From an uncultured Candidatus Saccharibacteria bacterium (GTDB lineage Bacteria; Patescibacteriota; Minisyncoccia; Minisyncoccales; GWA2-38-27): 64,000 nucleotides of DNA. The notes under the pieces were generated by a model that saw only the letters and a list, made by a program, of their open reading frames with translations, was not told where the DNA came from and ran no database searches. Made by a program: the position numbers and the translations under genes. The stretch is taken from positions 47,410-111,409 of the forward strand of contig CAYXZK010000005.1 in assembly GCA_964469955.1 (NCBI GenBank). Reading direction: 5' to 3'. Numbering within the stretch: position 1 is the stretch's first letter; each line of letters starts with the position of its first letter. Below are positions 32,393-42,794 of the stretch, one piece after another.

Positions 32393-32428
32393 ATTATTGA
32401 TTCCTAATCAATGATAAATAATCAATAA

Positions 32429-34558
<2,130 letters not shown>

Positions 34559-34602
34559 CTAAAGATTTTTTGAATGAATTACATAAAAAAATACGACAAA
34601 AA

Positions 34603-34989
34603 TTACATCGTAGTTACGATAGCTCTTCTAGTCTCTTTGTAAACTCCTACAGATTTAATACAATGGCTATATTCAAGACTTGCTGGACACCAATCTTCAC
34701 TACCGTCTGCCGTTGCTCTCCAAACTTCATATTCAACAAAACCCAAACTCATTCCCATTTGTATTGGACCTATATGGTCGCTTTGTTCTGCGAGCATCTG
34801 TTCAATTCCAGTATCAGCGCCATAAAAAGCAACAACTGAACTTTCAATATCTTTTGTTGTTTTTATTTGCCCAATTAAAATTACGGTTAAACCTAAAACA
34901 ATAGATAAAATAATGCTCATTATCATAATGGCTAAATAGATAGAAACTCCTTTTTCTCTATTGGCTTGGTAATTTTTTTTAATTGACAT
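34603..34989 (-). CDS. Small membrane-anchored/secreted hypothetical protein
   Basis: 128 aa with an N-terminal TM helix and a C-terminal Cys pair (CPASLEYSHC). The call rests on the ORF and hydrophobicity only. Confidence 0.4.
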   Translation of the reverse strand: MSIKKNYQANREKGVSIYLAIMIMSIILSIVLGLTVILIGQIKTTKDIESSVVAFYGADTGIEQMLAEQSDHIGPIQMGMSLGFVEYEVWRATADGSEDWCPASLEYSHCIKSVGVYKETRRAIVTTM

Positions 34990-35097
34990 ATTTTCTTTAG
35001 TTTCGTTAAAAGTAACCCTAAATAGTCTTTAGGCTTATACCTTTTATTATACAACAGATTCCTGAATCATAAAATGCCTTTTAAGACAAAATTGCGT

Positions 35098-36090
35098 TTA
35101 AAATAATTCGAAAATTTTTATTAAGAATAAAGAGTAAATCAAAAGATACATTAATCCTTCCCAAATATGAATTTTACGAGAAATGCCAGAAATTATAAAA
35201 AGTAAAGTCGCGCTGACCAAAAAAGGCAAACCAATTTCAAAAGTAAGACTATCTATTTTCAATGGCTTGATTAAAGCGGGAACTCCAATTACCAATAAAA
35301 AATTAAAAACATTTGAACCAAACACATTGCCTAAAGCAACTTCATATTTTTTCTTTAAGCATGCTTTAACAGAAACAACAAGTTCAGGCAAAGAGGTCCC
35401 AACAGCAACAGCTGTAATTGTAATCAAGGAGACAGAAATTTCTAAAATAGACGATATCTCTAAAATAGATTCAATTGTATAATTCGCACCGACAGCAAGC
35501 CCAATTATTCCTAAAATCAGAAAAAAGAAAACTTTGAAATTAAGTTTTACAACAGGAACTTCTTGCCTTTTTGCTTGAAATATTTTTTCTTCTGAAGGCA
35601 AAGCTTTAATCGTTTCGGAAACTTCTGTCTTTTGCTCGTCTTTCCTTTGAAAAAAGGTATATAAAACGTAAAAGAGAAAAGCCACGCTTAGAATAACCCC
35701 TTCCCCAAAAACAATATTTTTATCCCACGCAACAAATAAAAAGATTAAAGTCGCTGTAACCAAAAGAGGCGCGTCTAAATCAATTAAATTTCTTTTTATT
35801 ATAAGATGACGCGCTACCACCGCGGATAACCCGACAATCAAAAAAATATTAGCGATATTTGAACCAATAACATTAGCAGCCACAATTTCAGTTGCCCCTT
35901 TTAGAACAGCGGCTATTGACGAAGCCAGCTCTGGAAAAGAAGTGCCAAAAGCAACGATTGTTACGCCAATAACAAAAGGTGAAATTTTAAACGCTAGACC
36001 TATTTTTTCAGAACTTTCAATAAGCCAATCAGCCGATTTTATTAAAAGGACCAAACTAGCGATAAAAATTATACTCCAAAGAATAACCAT
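35098..36090 (-). CDS. Ca2+/cation antiporter (CaCA family, YrbG-like)
   Basis: 330 aa. Two alpha-repeat motifs, GTSFPELASSIAA and GTSLPELVVSV, are present. Confidence 0.85.
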   Translation of the reverse strand: MVILWSIIFIASLVLLIKSADWLIESSEKIGLAFKISPFVIGVTIVAFGTSFPELASSIAAVLKGATEIVAANVIGSNIANIFLIVGLSAVVARHLIIKRNLIDLDAPLLVTATLIFLFVAWDKNIVFGEGVILSVAFLFYVLYTFFQRKDEQKTEVSETIKALPSEEKIFQAKRQEVPVVKLNFKVFFFLILGIIGLAVGANYTIESILEISSILEISVSLITITAVAVGTSLPELVVSVKACLKKKYEVALGNVFGSNVFNFLLVIGVPALIKPLKIDSLTFEIGLPFLVSATLLFIISGISRKIHIWEGLMYLLIYSLFLIKIFELF

Positions 36091-36150
36091 ATTTTTAAAA
36101 ATAACATTTACTGCAACATAATATAGCTTTAATTCCTATATAAATAAATA

Positions 36151-38361
36151 TTACGCCCTTAAATTTGACCATTTTCCGCAACGGTCCCCCCATCTACTAA
36201 CTACTTTACCATTAATCCTGGCTTCAATCACTTCGCATTGGTTGGGGCAACCGTCGCAAGTGAAAGAAGAAGTTTTAATTTCTTGATTAGAAACATCCCA
36301 TCCTCTAAATTTGCCTTTGCTTTCCTGGCCAGCTCTTTGTTCCATTGCCAATAAAGCGACGCCTAAAGCGCCCATCACTATATTATGTTCTGGCACAATG
36401 ACTTTCTCTCCTAATTCTTGCTCAAAAGCTCTTATCATTCCTTTATTTTCGCTTACTCCGCCCTGAAAAACAATAGGTGGCTGTATGTTTTTGCCTTTTC
36501 CAACACCAGCTAAATAATTTCGCGCTAATCCTTGGCAAAGACCTGCGACAATATCTTCGGTCTTGTGTCCAATTTGTTGTTTATGAATCATATCCGACTC
36601 TGCAAAAATTGTGCAACGTGAAGCAATCGTAGTAGGGCTGTTTGACTTTAAAGCAACTTCCCCGAATTTTTCTATGGGAATTTCTAATCTAAAAGACTGC
36701 GCGTCTAAAAAAGATCCTGTGCCTGCAGCGCAATTATGAACTGCTATATTGTTGACAACATAAGAGTCATCTTTTGCTACTTTAAAATTATAAATATTTC
36801 CATTAAATTTATATTTGCTGATTTTCCTAATTGGCTCAAAAAAGAAATTAGAATAAATAAAAGATTTAGAGCTCTGCTTCTTTGGATTAATCAACGAACC
36901 ATCTTCCAGCTTATTAATATCTCTTCCGTGAACAGAAATAAAATAAACATATTTTCCACCTGTAGTCTTTTTAAAAGATCTTCGTAAAGTGCATTTGATT
37001 TTATTCCTCAATAAAATCCAATACAATTGATGAGCAAGAACTTCAGAAACAGTAGAGGAAACATACCTATTGCCAATTTTATTTTTACCTAATGTGTTTT
37101 TAGGTCTTTTCCTTAGCCGTCCATCGCCTCTGAAAAATCCTTTTAATATTTCTTTTTGCAGAGAAGGCTCCAATTTTAACAACTCTCGACTTATTTGTTT
37201 CTTGTCTGCACAAGAACCGCAAAGATATTTTACATAATCTGCTAAACTTTTACTATAAATCGAAACTGTGGCTGAACGATGCTCAGAGTTCTGTCTAACT
37301 TTAACATTAATGTCTTTAAAATTATGAGAAATAATGTTTTTTATATCTTTTACATAATTTTTTTCGTTAATATTAAACACAAAAGAAATCCCTCTTGGAT
37401 GTCTAATTTCCTTGTTCCCACAAGCTTGATTATATATAATAGACCCTTCTGCCAAATAATACCCTAAGAACCTAAACAAATCTGGTTTAAACATAAATTT
37501 GTCTATTTTTTTAAAAGGCTTAGATGCTTTGGGTTCAGTTTTTATAACCGAATAATCTATAAAAGTAGAATTATCAATTTTTGAAGGCAAAGGTGTTGCG
37601 ACGAAATCTCCTTTTCGAAATTCTTGTGCTGGAATAAATTTTGGCTCCCATGAAAAATTCTTATGTTTAACACAACGCTTTTTGCAAGTTCTTTCTTCCG
37701 GAGGTTTACAAATAACAATATTTTTTCTCACATTATCTTGATAGCATTTTATGTCTTTTCTTTTTAATCCTAAAATTGGATGTTCTGGTGTAATTTCCAA
37801 TTTTTTCAAGTTTGAAACTTCAATATCGATCATTTCCCCCTTATAATGCCTTTCAAAGACTTGATCTATTTTTTGAAAATCTCCCTGATGAGTTAAAACA
37901 TGCTGACCAATTTTTACTTCTTTTATAGGTCTTGAAGAATAATTTGGGTTTGTGGTTATCTTTGAATTACTACTCAAACAAATTGCGTTCATGCCAAAAT
38001 CAATTGCTACTCCGTCCTCTAAAATAATAATTTTTGAGTCTTGTCCTCCTATTTCAATAATTGTTCTAACTTCTGGAACTAAAAAACTTGATGCTTTAGC
38101 GTGAGATGTTATCTCATTTTTAACTAAATCAGCTCCTGCAATCACTCCTGCTAAATAGCGAGCTGAACCAGTTGTTCCAACTCCCCAGACTTCAACGCCT
38201 TCACCGATCTGTTCTTTTACTTTTTTTAAACCTGTTTTAACAGCAGTAATCGGATCTCCTTCTGTCCTAATGTATAAAGAAGCTAAAATTTCTTTTTTTT
38301 CATTTACCAGAACAAAATCTGTTGAGATAGAACCGACGTCAATTCCTAAATAAGTTTTCAT
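36151..38361 (-). CDS. BadF/BadG/BcrA/BcrD (HgdC-like) ATPase, 'CoA-enzyme activase', intein-containing precursor with Cys-rich C-terminal extension
   Basis: Exteins: MKTYLGIDVGSISTDF... (ASKHA phosphate-1), ...DFGMNAI | CAAGTGSFLD... (phosphate-2), ...IVFQGGVSENKGM. Removing residues 128-543 restores the canonical MNxxCAAGTGxFL motif. The extein total is about 320 aa. The C-terminus has CDGCPNQC...C. Confidence 0.85.
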   Translation of the reverse strand: MKTYLGIDVGSISTDFVLVNEKKEILASLYIRTEGDPITAVKTGLKKVKEQIGEGVEVWGVGTTGSARYLAGVIAGADLVKNEITSHAKASSFLVPEVRTIIEIGGQDSKIIILEDGVAIDFGMNAICLSSNSKITTNPNYSSRPIKEVKIGQHVLTHQGDFQKIDQVFERHYKGEMIDIEVSNLKKLEITPEHPILGLKRKDIKCYQDNVRKNIVICKPPEERTCKKRCVKHKNFSWEPKFIPAQEFRKGDFVATPLPSKIDNSTFIDYSVIKTEPKASKPFKKIDKFMFKPDLFRFLGYYLAEGSIIYNQACGNKEIRHPRGISFVFNINEKNYVKDIKNIISHNFKDINVKVRQNSEHRSATVSIYSKSLADYVKYLCGSCADKKQISRELLKLEPSLQKEILKGFFRGDGRLRKRPKNTLGKNKIGNRYVSSTVSEVLAHQLYWILLRNKIKCTLRRSFKKTTGGKYVYFISVHGRDINKLEDGSLINPKKQSSKSFIYSNFFFEPIRKISKYKFNGNIYNFKVAKDDSYVVNNIAVHNCAAGTGSFLDAQSFRLEIPIEKFGEVALKSNSPTTIASRCTIFAESDMIHKQQIGHKTEDIVAGLCQGLARNYLAGVGKGKNIQPPIVFQGGVSENKGMIRAFEQELGEKVIVPEHNIVMGALGVALLAMEQRAGQESKGKFRGWDVSNQEIKTSSFTCDGCPNQCEVIEARINGKVVSRWGDRCGKWSNLRA
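36733..37980 (-). mobile_element. Intein (416 aa) with embedded LAGLIDADG homing endonuclease, inserted in the activase CAAGTG motif
   Basis: Starts with Cys (CLSSNSKITT, block A), has block B ITPEHPIL and a C-terminal ...NFKVAKDDSYVVNNIAVHN followed by the +1 Cys. Two LAGLIDADG motifs are present: FLGYYLAEGS and LKGFFRGDGRL. Confidence 0.8.
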
Positions 38362-38372
38362 ACGTTATACGT

Positions 38373-39440
38373 TTATGTATTTTTTTTATTATGATAATTA
38401 TTAACTACATCCGAGAATGCCTCTAAGCGAGTTTGAATTCCCGCTTCGGCTACTTGTTCGTCTAAAGACAAAGATAAAAACGGGATTTTCTTTTCTTTGT
38501 GTATCTTTTCTAAAATAGGCCTGACAGTAACCTCTGGCATACAAGCAAGTGGCAAAATATGAACCACGCCATCAAGTCTTTTTTTAACAGCAACCAGCAT
38601 TTCGTTGACAGCATCTCTGCCATGCCCACCAACAGTTGTTTTTAAATAAGGATAAACCCTTTTCTGCGCAATATAGTCCAACCAAGGAAAAGCTTCGTGC
38701 CTTAGAAAATACGAAAGACTAAGGTCTCGATGAACTTCCATGCCCATTTGTCCTAATTTCTTTTCTAAATCAAAATTAACAATATTGTCGGTTACCATAA
38801 AAATTTCTCCCAGAATGCCTATCTTTATTACGTCTTTATTTTTTATTATTTTAATTTCTTTAAGTTTTTTTAAAGTCTTTTTTTTAAGTTTGCGCAAAGC
38901 GCTTCTTGTTTTTAGCGCGCCTATATTATTAAAAAAATAATCTAAAACTTTATCTGTCTCTCCTTTTGTCGTTTCTCTTGGTCTAAAATAAGCAGCTTTC
39001 TTTTCTAATCTTTCTATAAATCTAATTATACTAAAAGTAGAGTAAAAAGCATCTAATATTTTAAACCAAGAAATTTTATTTATTCTCTTTATTTCTCTTA
39101 TTCTTGAAATAGGATGGCTTGTATTCAGGTTTATAATCTTTGCTTTAAATCCAGCATCGTTTAAGGCTTTTTGTTGAATTATCCAATAATATCTAAATCT
39201 ACAAATACCTCCTAAATTTTCCCACATGAAAATAGTATCTGCGCCTCTTCTTAAAGAAGATACATAATTTCCCATATTTACTTTCAAGGGAAAACAAAAA
39301 AGTTCCGGGGAAATCCTTGCTCCTTCTCTAATAGAGGTTTGGTTAGTTTTTTCAGGAGCAATAACGTCAAATCCCAATTTTTCAAAGAGAATTGTAATCG
39401 CAGGAGTATAATGCCCCCAATATGGAAAAGTTACTTTCAT
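38373..39440 (-). CDS. Acyl-CoA dehydratase activase-related protein (YjiM/DUF2229-like, HgdB-related), paralog B
   Basis: 355 aa with FCFPLK... and a C-terminal LSLDEQVAEAGIQTRLEAF motif shared with the upstream paralog. There is an 11-nt gap to the activase gene. Confidence 0.55.
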   Translation of the reverse strand: MKVTFPYWGHYTPAITILFEKLGFDVIAPEKTNQTSIREGARISPELFCFPLKVNMGNYVSSLRRGADTIFMWENLGGICRFRYYWIIQQKALNDAGFKAKIINLNTSHPISRIREIKRINKISWFKILDAFYSTFSIIRFIERLEKKAAYFRPRETTKGETDKVLDYFFNNIGALKTRSALRKLKKKTLKKLKEIKIIKNKDVIKIGILGEIFMVTDNIVNFDLEKKLGQMGMEVHRDLSLSYFLRHEAFPWLDYIAQKRVYPYLKTTVGGHGRDAVNEMLVAVKKRLDGVVHILPLACMPEVTVRPILEKIHKEKKIPFLSLSLDEQVAEAGIQTRLEAFSDVVNNYHNKKNT

Positions 39441-39448
39441 AAAATAAA

Positions 39449-40471
39449 TTAATGAATTGTGTCTACAAATGCCTCTAATCTGGTTTGCAACCCAGCTTCA
39501 GCAGTATGTTCGTCAACCAATAAATATAGAAATGGAATCTTTCTCTGTTTAAACATTTTTTCAATGAACTCTTTCAAAACCGAATCGCATCCACACTGAA
39601 ACGCAGATACTTCAATAGCCCCTGATAATTTTAATAAAGACAACGCTAAAGATTCTGCTTTAAGGTTGTCGTCATTGGTCTCATTTACCTTTGCTAGTAA
39701 GCTAATCTTAATAATCTTCTGGACTTGTTCTGTTATGTCTCTGCCAAATTCCCAATGCCAGTTGGGAAACTCAGAATCCTTGGCAGCTATTTCATCATGT
39801 GTTAATTTTTCAATAAAACCCATTTTGTTGTTTAGCGATCTGTCTTGTTTTAGTGGGATTTCGTCAATATATATTAATTCCATCCCAAGATCGTTTATTT
39901 TTTTCTCAATCCCCAAATTTACGTATTCGTCGTAAAGTATATACGGATGGCTTATAAAAACTATTTTTTTGCGCTGCGATTTGATTTTTTTATAAAAAGA
40001 TTGCTTTTTTTTTGCTTCTCGTTTCTCTATTTCTCGTTTGCCTTTGTTGATAGCTTTTTTAATTTTCTCTGGGTCGTTGCAAAATTGTTTTCCTATTTTA
40101 AAAGCAACCTTATCAAGAGATTCTTTTTTAAAATCAATTTTTGGAAAAATTATAGGAGTTTTAATTACTAAAGCAGCTATATCTGAAAGGGCAAAAAATT
40201 TAGGGCAATATTCAAGCCCTATCTTGTTTCTAATCATACGCGGAATAAAAATGTAATCTACCTTATCTTCCAATTCTAAAACATGGCCTAAAAAAACTTT
40301 GCTAGAAAAACAACTTTCCGTATCAGACGCTTTTGTCCCTTGAGCCACGATCTGTCTATTGGTTAATGGAGAAATTAACACATTTAAATCTATGTTTTTA
40401 AAAAAAGTCCTCCAAAATTCAATTCCTGGTTCTTTCCAATAAATTAAAGCTCTTGGTATTCCAATTGTCAT
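39449..40471 (-). CDS. Acyl-CoA dehydratase activase-related protein (YjiM/DUF2229-like), paralog A
   Basis: Begins MTIGIPRALIYWKEPGIEFW..., the start I recall for DUF2229, and ends LLVDEHTAEAGLQTRLEAF. The ORF-track start at 40501 is a TTG, and the ATG at 40471 is preferred. There is an 8-nt gap to paralog B. Confidence 0.55.
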   Translation of the reverse strand: MTIGIPRALIYWKEPGIEFWRTFFKNIDLNVLISPLTNRQIVAQGTKASDTESCFSSKVFLGHVLELEDKVDYIFIPRMIRNKIGLEYCPKFFALSDIAALVIKTPIIFPKIDFKKESLDKVAFKIGKQFCNDPEKIKKAINKGKREIEKREAKKKQSFYKKIKSQRKKIVFISHPYILYDEYVNLGIEKKINDLGMELIYIDEIPLKQDRSLNNKMGFIEKLTHDEIAAKDSEFPNWHWEFGRDITEQVQKIIKISLLAKVNETNDDNLKAESLALSLLKLSGAIEVSAFQCGCDSVLKEFIEKMFKQRKIPFLYLLVDEHTAEAGLQTRLEAFVDTIH

Positions 40472-40537
40472 ATAAGTTAATAAACGATAGTTAATGATCA
40501 ATAATCACTAATCAATTATCACCAATCAATCATTGAA

Positions 40538-41797
40538 TCAGAAAAGCGTATTTTGCTGATCCGGATTCTTTCTCTTTGTTTTTGAAAAAATTTCTACTTT
40601 TCCAAAAACTCCGTCATATCCAGGCAATATATTTATTTTCCCCTGCCTAACCCTTATAACCCCTTCAGCAATTTTTGGCAATGTCGCTTTTTCTAAGTCT
40701 TGATATGAAGAATCTAACAAAATTTTAAATTCACTTTCGAATTTTTTAATTAAGTTTTCGTATTCCGCTTTAACCTTTTTAGAGTTAGGCAATGTTCCAA
40801 CGGCTTCAGCGATAATTTCTTTCAAAGGAACTAAGCTTTTAAACGGAATAGCTTTTTTCGGCTTAACTCCTTCTTTTCTGTCTGCTAAGAAATTAATCCT
40901 GTTTAAAACTCCAATTGTTAAGGGTTTCCCGCAAACGGGACAGATGTTATTGTATTTTTCTGATTCCGCGGGATTCAAGCAAACAGCGCAAGCGCGATGA
41001 CCATCGTAATGATATTTGCCTTCTTGCGGAAAAAATTCAATAGTATAGGCAAACTTATTTGAATTCTTAGACTTTAATGCTTCTATGATAGAAAAATAAT
41101 CAAGTTCTGTATCAAAAACATTTGCTTCTCTTCCTAATTTCTCTGGAGAATGCGCGTCGCTGTTTGAAATCAAGGTTATGCTATCTAAAGCTGATATTCT
41201 CCAAAGCATCGGACAATCTGCCGACAATCCTGTTTCTATGGCAAAGATATAATTTGATAGGTCTTCAAAACATTCTTCAATAGAATCAAAACCTGATTTT
41301 GAACCGAATATTCCAAACCAAGGCGTCATGCAATGAGCAGGAACAACTAAACATTCTGGAGAAACGCTTAGAACGATTTTTAGAAGCTCTTTTGCATCTA
41401 ATCCTAAGATTGGTCTTCCATCAGCTTTTAAATTTCCGATCAAGCTAAGCTTATTGTTGATTTTTTCAACTATTTCAAAACTTGGAGCAAAAACCAAAAT
41501 ATGTATTTTCCTAACCCTGCCATTTTTAGAATAAATACAACTAATTTCAGAAGTCAGCATGAAACGAGTAAATTCATTGCCTTCTAAAAAACTTTTTTTT
41601 AACTTAAACAATCCTTTTTCGCATGGCTCGAGTTTATTCCGCAAGTTTTGAAACCATTCTGGATGAGTAAAATCGCCTGTGCCTAAAACTTTTATTCCTT
41701 TTATTTTCGCCCATCTGTCCAAACTTTCTAAGTCCATATTCTTGCTTGTGGCGCGTGAATACTTGGAATGAATATGAAGGTCCGCTATAAATACCAT
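40538..41797 (-). CDS. PHP-family phosphoesterase with Zn ribbon (COG1379/TIGR00375-like), putative endonuclease Q (EndoQ) homolog
   Basis: 419 aa with an N-terminal PHP motif ADLHIHSKYSRAT, later His/Asp ligands, and an internal CAVC...CPVC zinc ribbon. Length and architecture match archaeal EndoQ. Confidence 0.6.
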   Translation of the reverse strand: MVFIADLHIHSKYSRATSKNMDLESLDRWAKIKGIKVLGTGDFTHPEWFQNLRNKLEPCEKGLFKLKKSFLEGNEFTRFMLTSEISCIYSKNGRVRKIHILVFAPSFEIVEKINNKLSLIGNLKADGRPILGLDAKELLKIVLSVSPECLVVPAHCMTPWFGIFGSKSGFDSIEECFEDLSNYIFAIETGLSADCPMLWRISALDSITLISNSDAHSPEKLGREANVFDTELDYFSIIEALKSKNSNKFAYTIEFFPQEGKYHYDGHRACAVCLNPAESEKYNNICPVCGKPLTIGVLNRINFLADRKEGVKPKKAIPFKSLVPLKEIIAEAVGTLPNSKKVKAEYENLIKKFESEFKILLDSSYQDLEKATLPKIAEGVIRVRQGKINILPGYDGVFGKVEIFSKTKRKNPDQQNTLF

Positions 41798-42004
41798 AAG
41801 TCATTTTTGAATTGTAAAATGTGGTTTTTGTTTAAAATCTTTATCGCAAAAGGCATTTTGCAACCTAAAAATACAAAATTATTCCCAGTTCTTAAGCTGG
41901 GTTAAAACATAAATTTTTCAATATTATGCTTTTAAAGCATATCATTTTTATTAACATATTTCAAGAAAAAACATTGCTTAAGGTTTAAAAACGCATGCAA
42001 CAGG

Positions 42005-42032
42005 TTGACAATGTTTTATGCAACTATATAAT
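42005..42032 (+). promoter_or_regulatory. Near-consensus sigma70-type promoter (TTGACA-N16-TATAAT)
   Basis: TTGACA at 42005-42010 and TATAAT at 42027-42032. It drives + strand transcription toward the small ORF at 42132. Confidence 0.5.
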
Positions 42033-42131
42033 AGAAATATATCAGATAAAGGTCGTATCAGAATATAAAATATTTATTTATAATCATTGTAAAACAAAAC
42101 TGCGATTAGTTTTGTTTAAAATAAAATCGTT

Positions 42132-42254
42132 ATGACACAAGACACACTCTATCCTTTATTCGTATCTCAAGATATGCCTGAAGAAGACGGAGAAGAAACT
42201 CCTGACACAGATATGCCTGAAGAAGGCGGAGAAGACGAAGGATCGGTTTTTTAA
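42132..42254 (+). CDS. Small acidic tandem-repeat peptide (40 aa), hypothetical
   Basis: MTQDTLYPLFVSQDMPEEDGEETPDTDMPEEGGEDEGSVF with a DMPEE(D/G)GE(E/D) repeat. It is bracketed by a consensus promoter and a terminator. It is below the ORF-track size cut-off. Confidence 0.35.
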   Translation: MTQDTLYPLFVSQDMPEEDGEETPDTDMPEEGGEDEGSVF

Positions 42255-42276
42255 AAAAAACATAGAAACCCAAAAA

Positions 42277-42300
42277 ACACCGCTTGACGGTGTTTTTTGG
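42277..42300 (+). terminator. Rho-independent terminator after the small peptide ORF
   Basis: AAAACACCG CTTGA CGGTGTTTT followed by TTGG. Confidence 0.55.
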
Positions 42301-42338
42301 TTCCAGCGGAAAATATATAAACTAAATCCACGGATCCC

Positions 42339-42653
42339 TCATTCTTTTTGGTCGTTATAAAGAGAAGATTTTTTAATAATCATCTTATAAATATTCTCCA
42401 AAAAATCACCGCCTGCGTAACCGATAATTAAAGCAAGCGCAGGCGAAAAATAATCTGATTCTAAGAAGGTAATTCCAACTTCTCTAACAGCTATAGCGGC
42501 GATAACTCCAACAACCCCTGATAAAAACATTGTGGTTATAAAATAAGAAAGACGAAATTCAACATTTTTATAAGCAAATTGATGTTTTAAAAATCCAACT
42601 AAACCTCTCAAAACCCCGCCCCCAAAACCAGCGATAAAAATTAATGCATACAT
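42339..42653 (-). CDS. Small 3-TM membrane protein, hypothetical
   Basis: 104 aa with two Gly-rich TM segments (AGFGGGVLRGL and IGYAGGDF). There is a faint resemblance to Fluc/CrcB-type motifs, which I do not consider convincing. Confidence 0.45.
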   Translation of the reverse strand: MYALIFIAGFGGGVLRGLVGFLKHQFAYKNVEFRLSYFITTMFLSGVVGVIAAIAVREVGITFLESDYFSPALALIIGYAGGDFLENIYKMIIKKSSLYNDQKE

Positions 42654-42794
42654 AGTTTATTTTGATTTATCTTTATTTCGTTTACCTTTAATCCTTGTCT
42701 GCTCTAATCTCTTTGCCAACCCCCAAAATCTACGCAAAGAATTCTTTTCTATTTTTATTTGTTTTTGTTTAGGTCTTAACATTTGAATTTTGGA

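Noticed and set aside
34603-34989. 128-aa protein as a type IV major pilin
   Set aside because: It has an N-terminal hydrophobic helix and a C-terminal Cys pair. It lacks the G-F-T-L-I-E prepilin cleavage/methylation motif, so it is kept as hypothetical.
42339-42653. 104-aa membrane protein as a Fluc/CrcB fluoride channel
   Set aside because: The Gly-rich TM motifs are vaguely similar. Only 3 TM helices are present, and the TTFSTF/Phe-box signature is absent.
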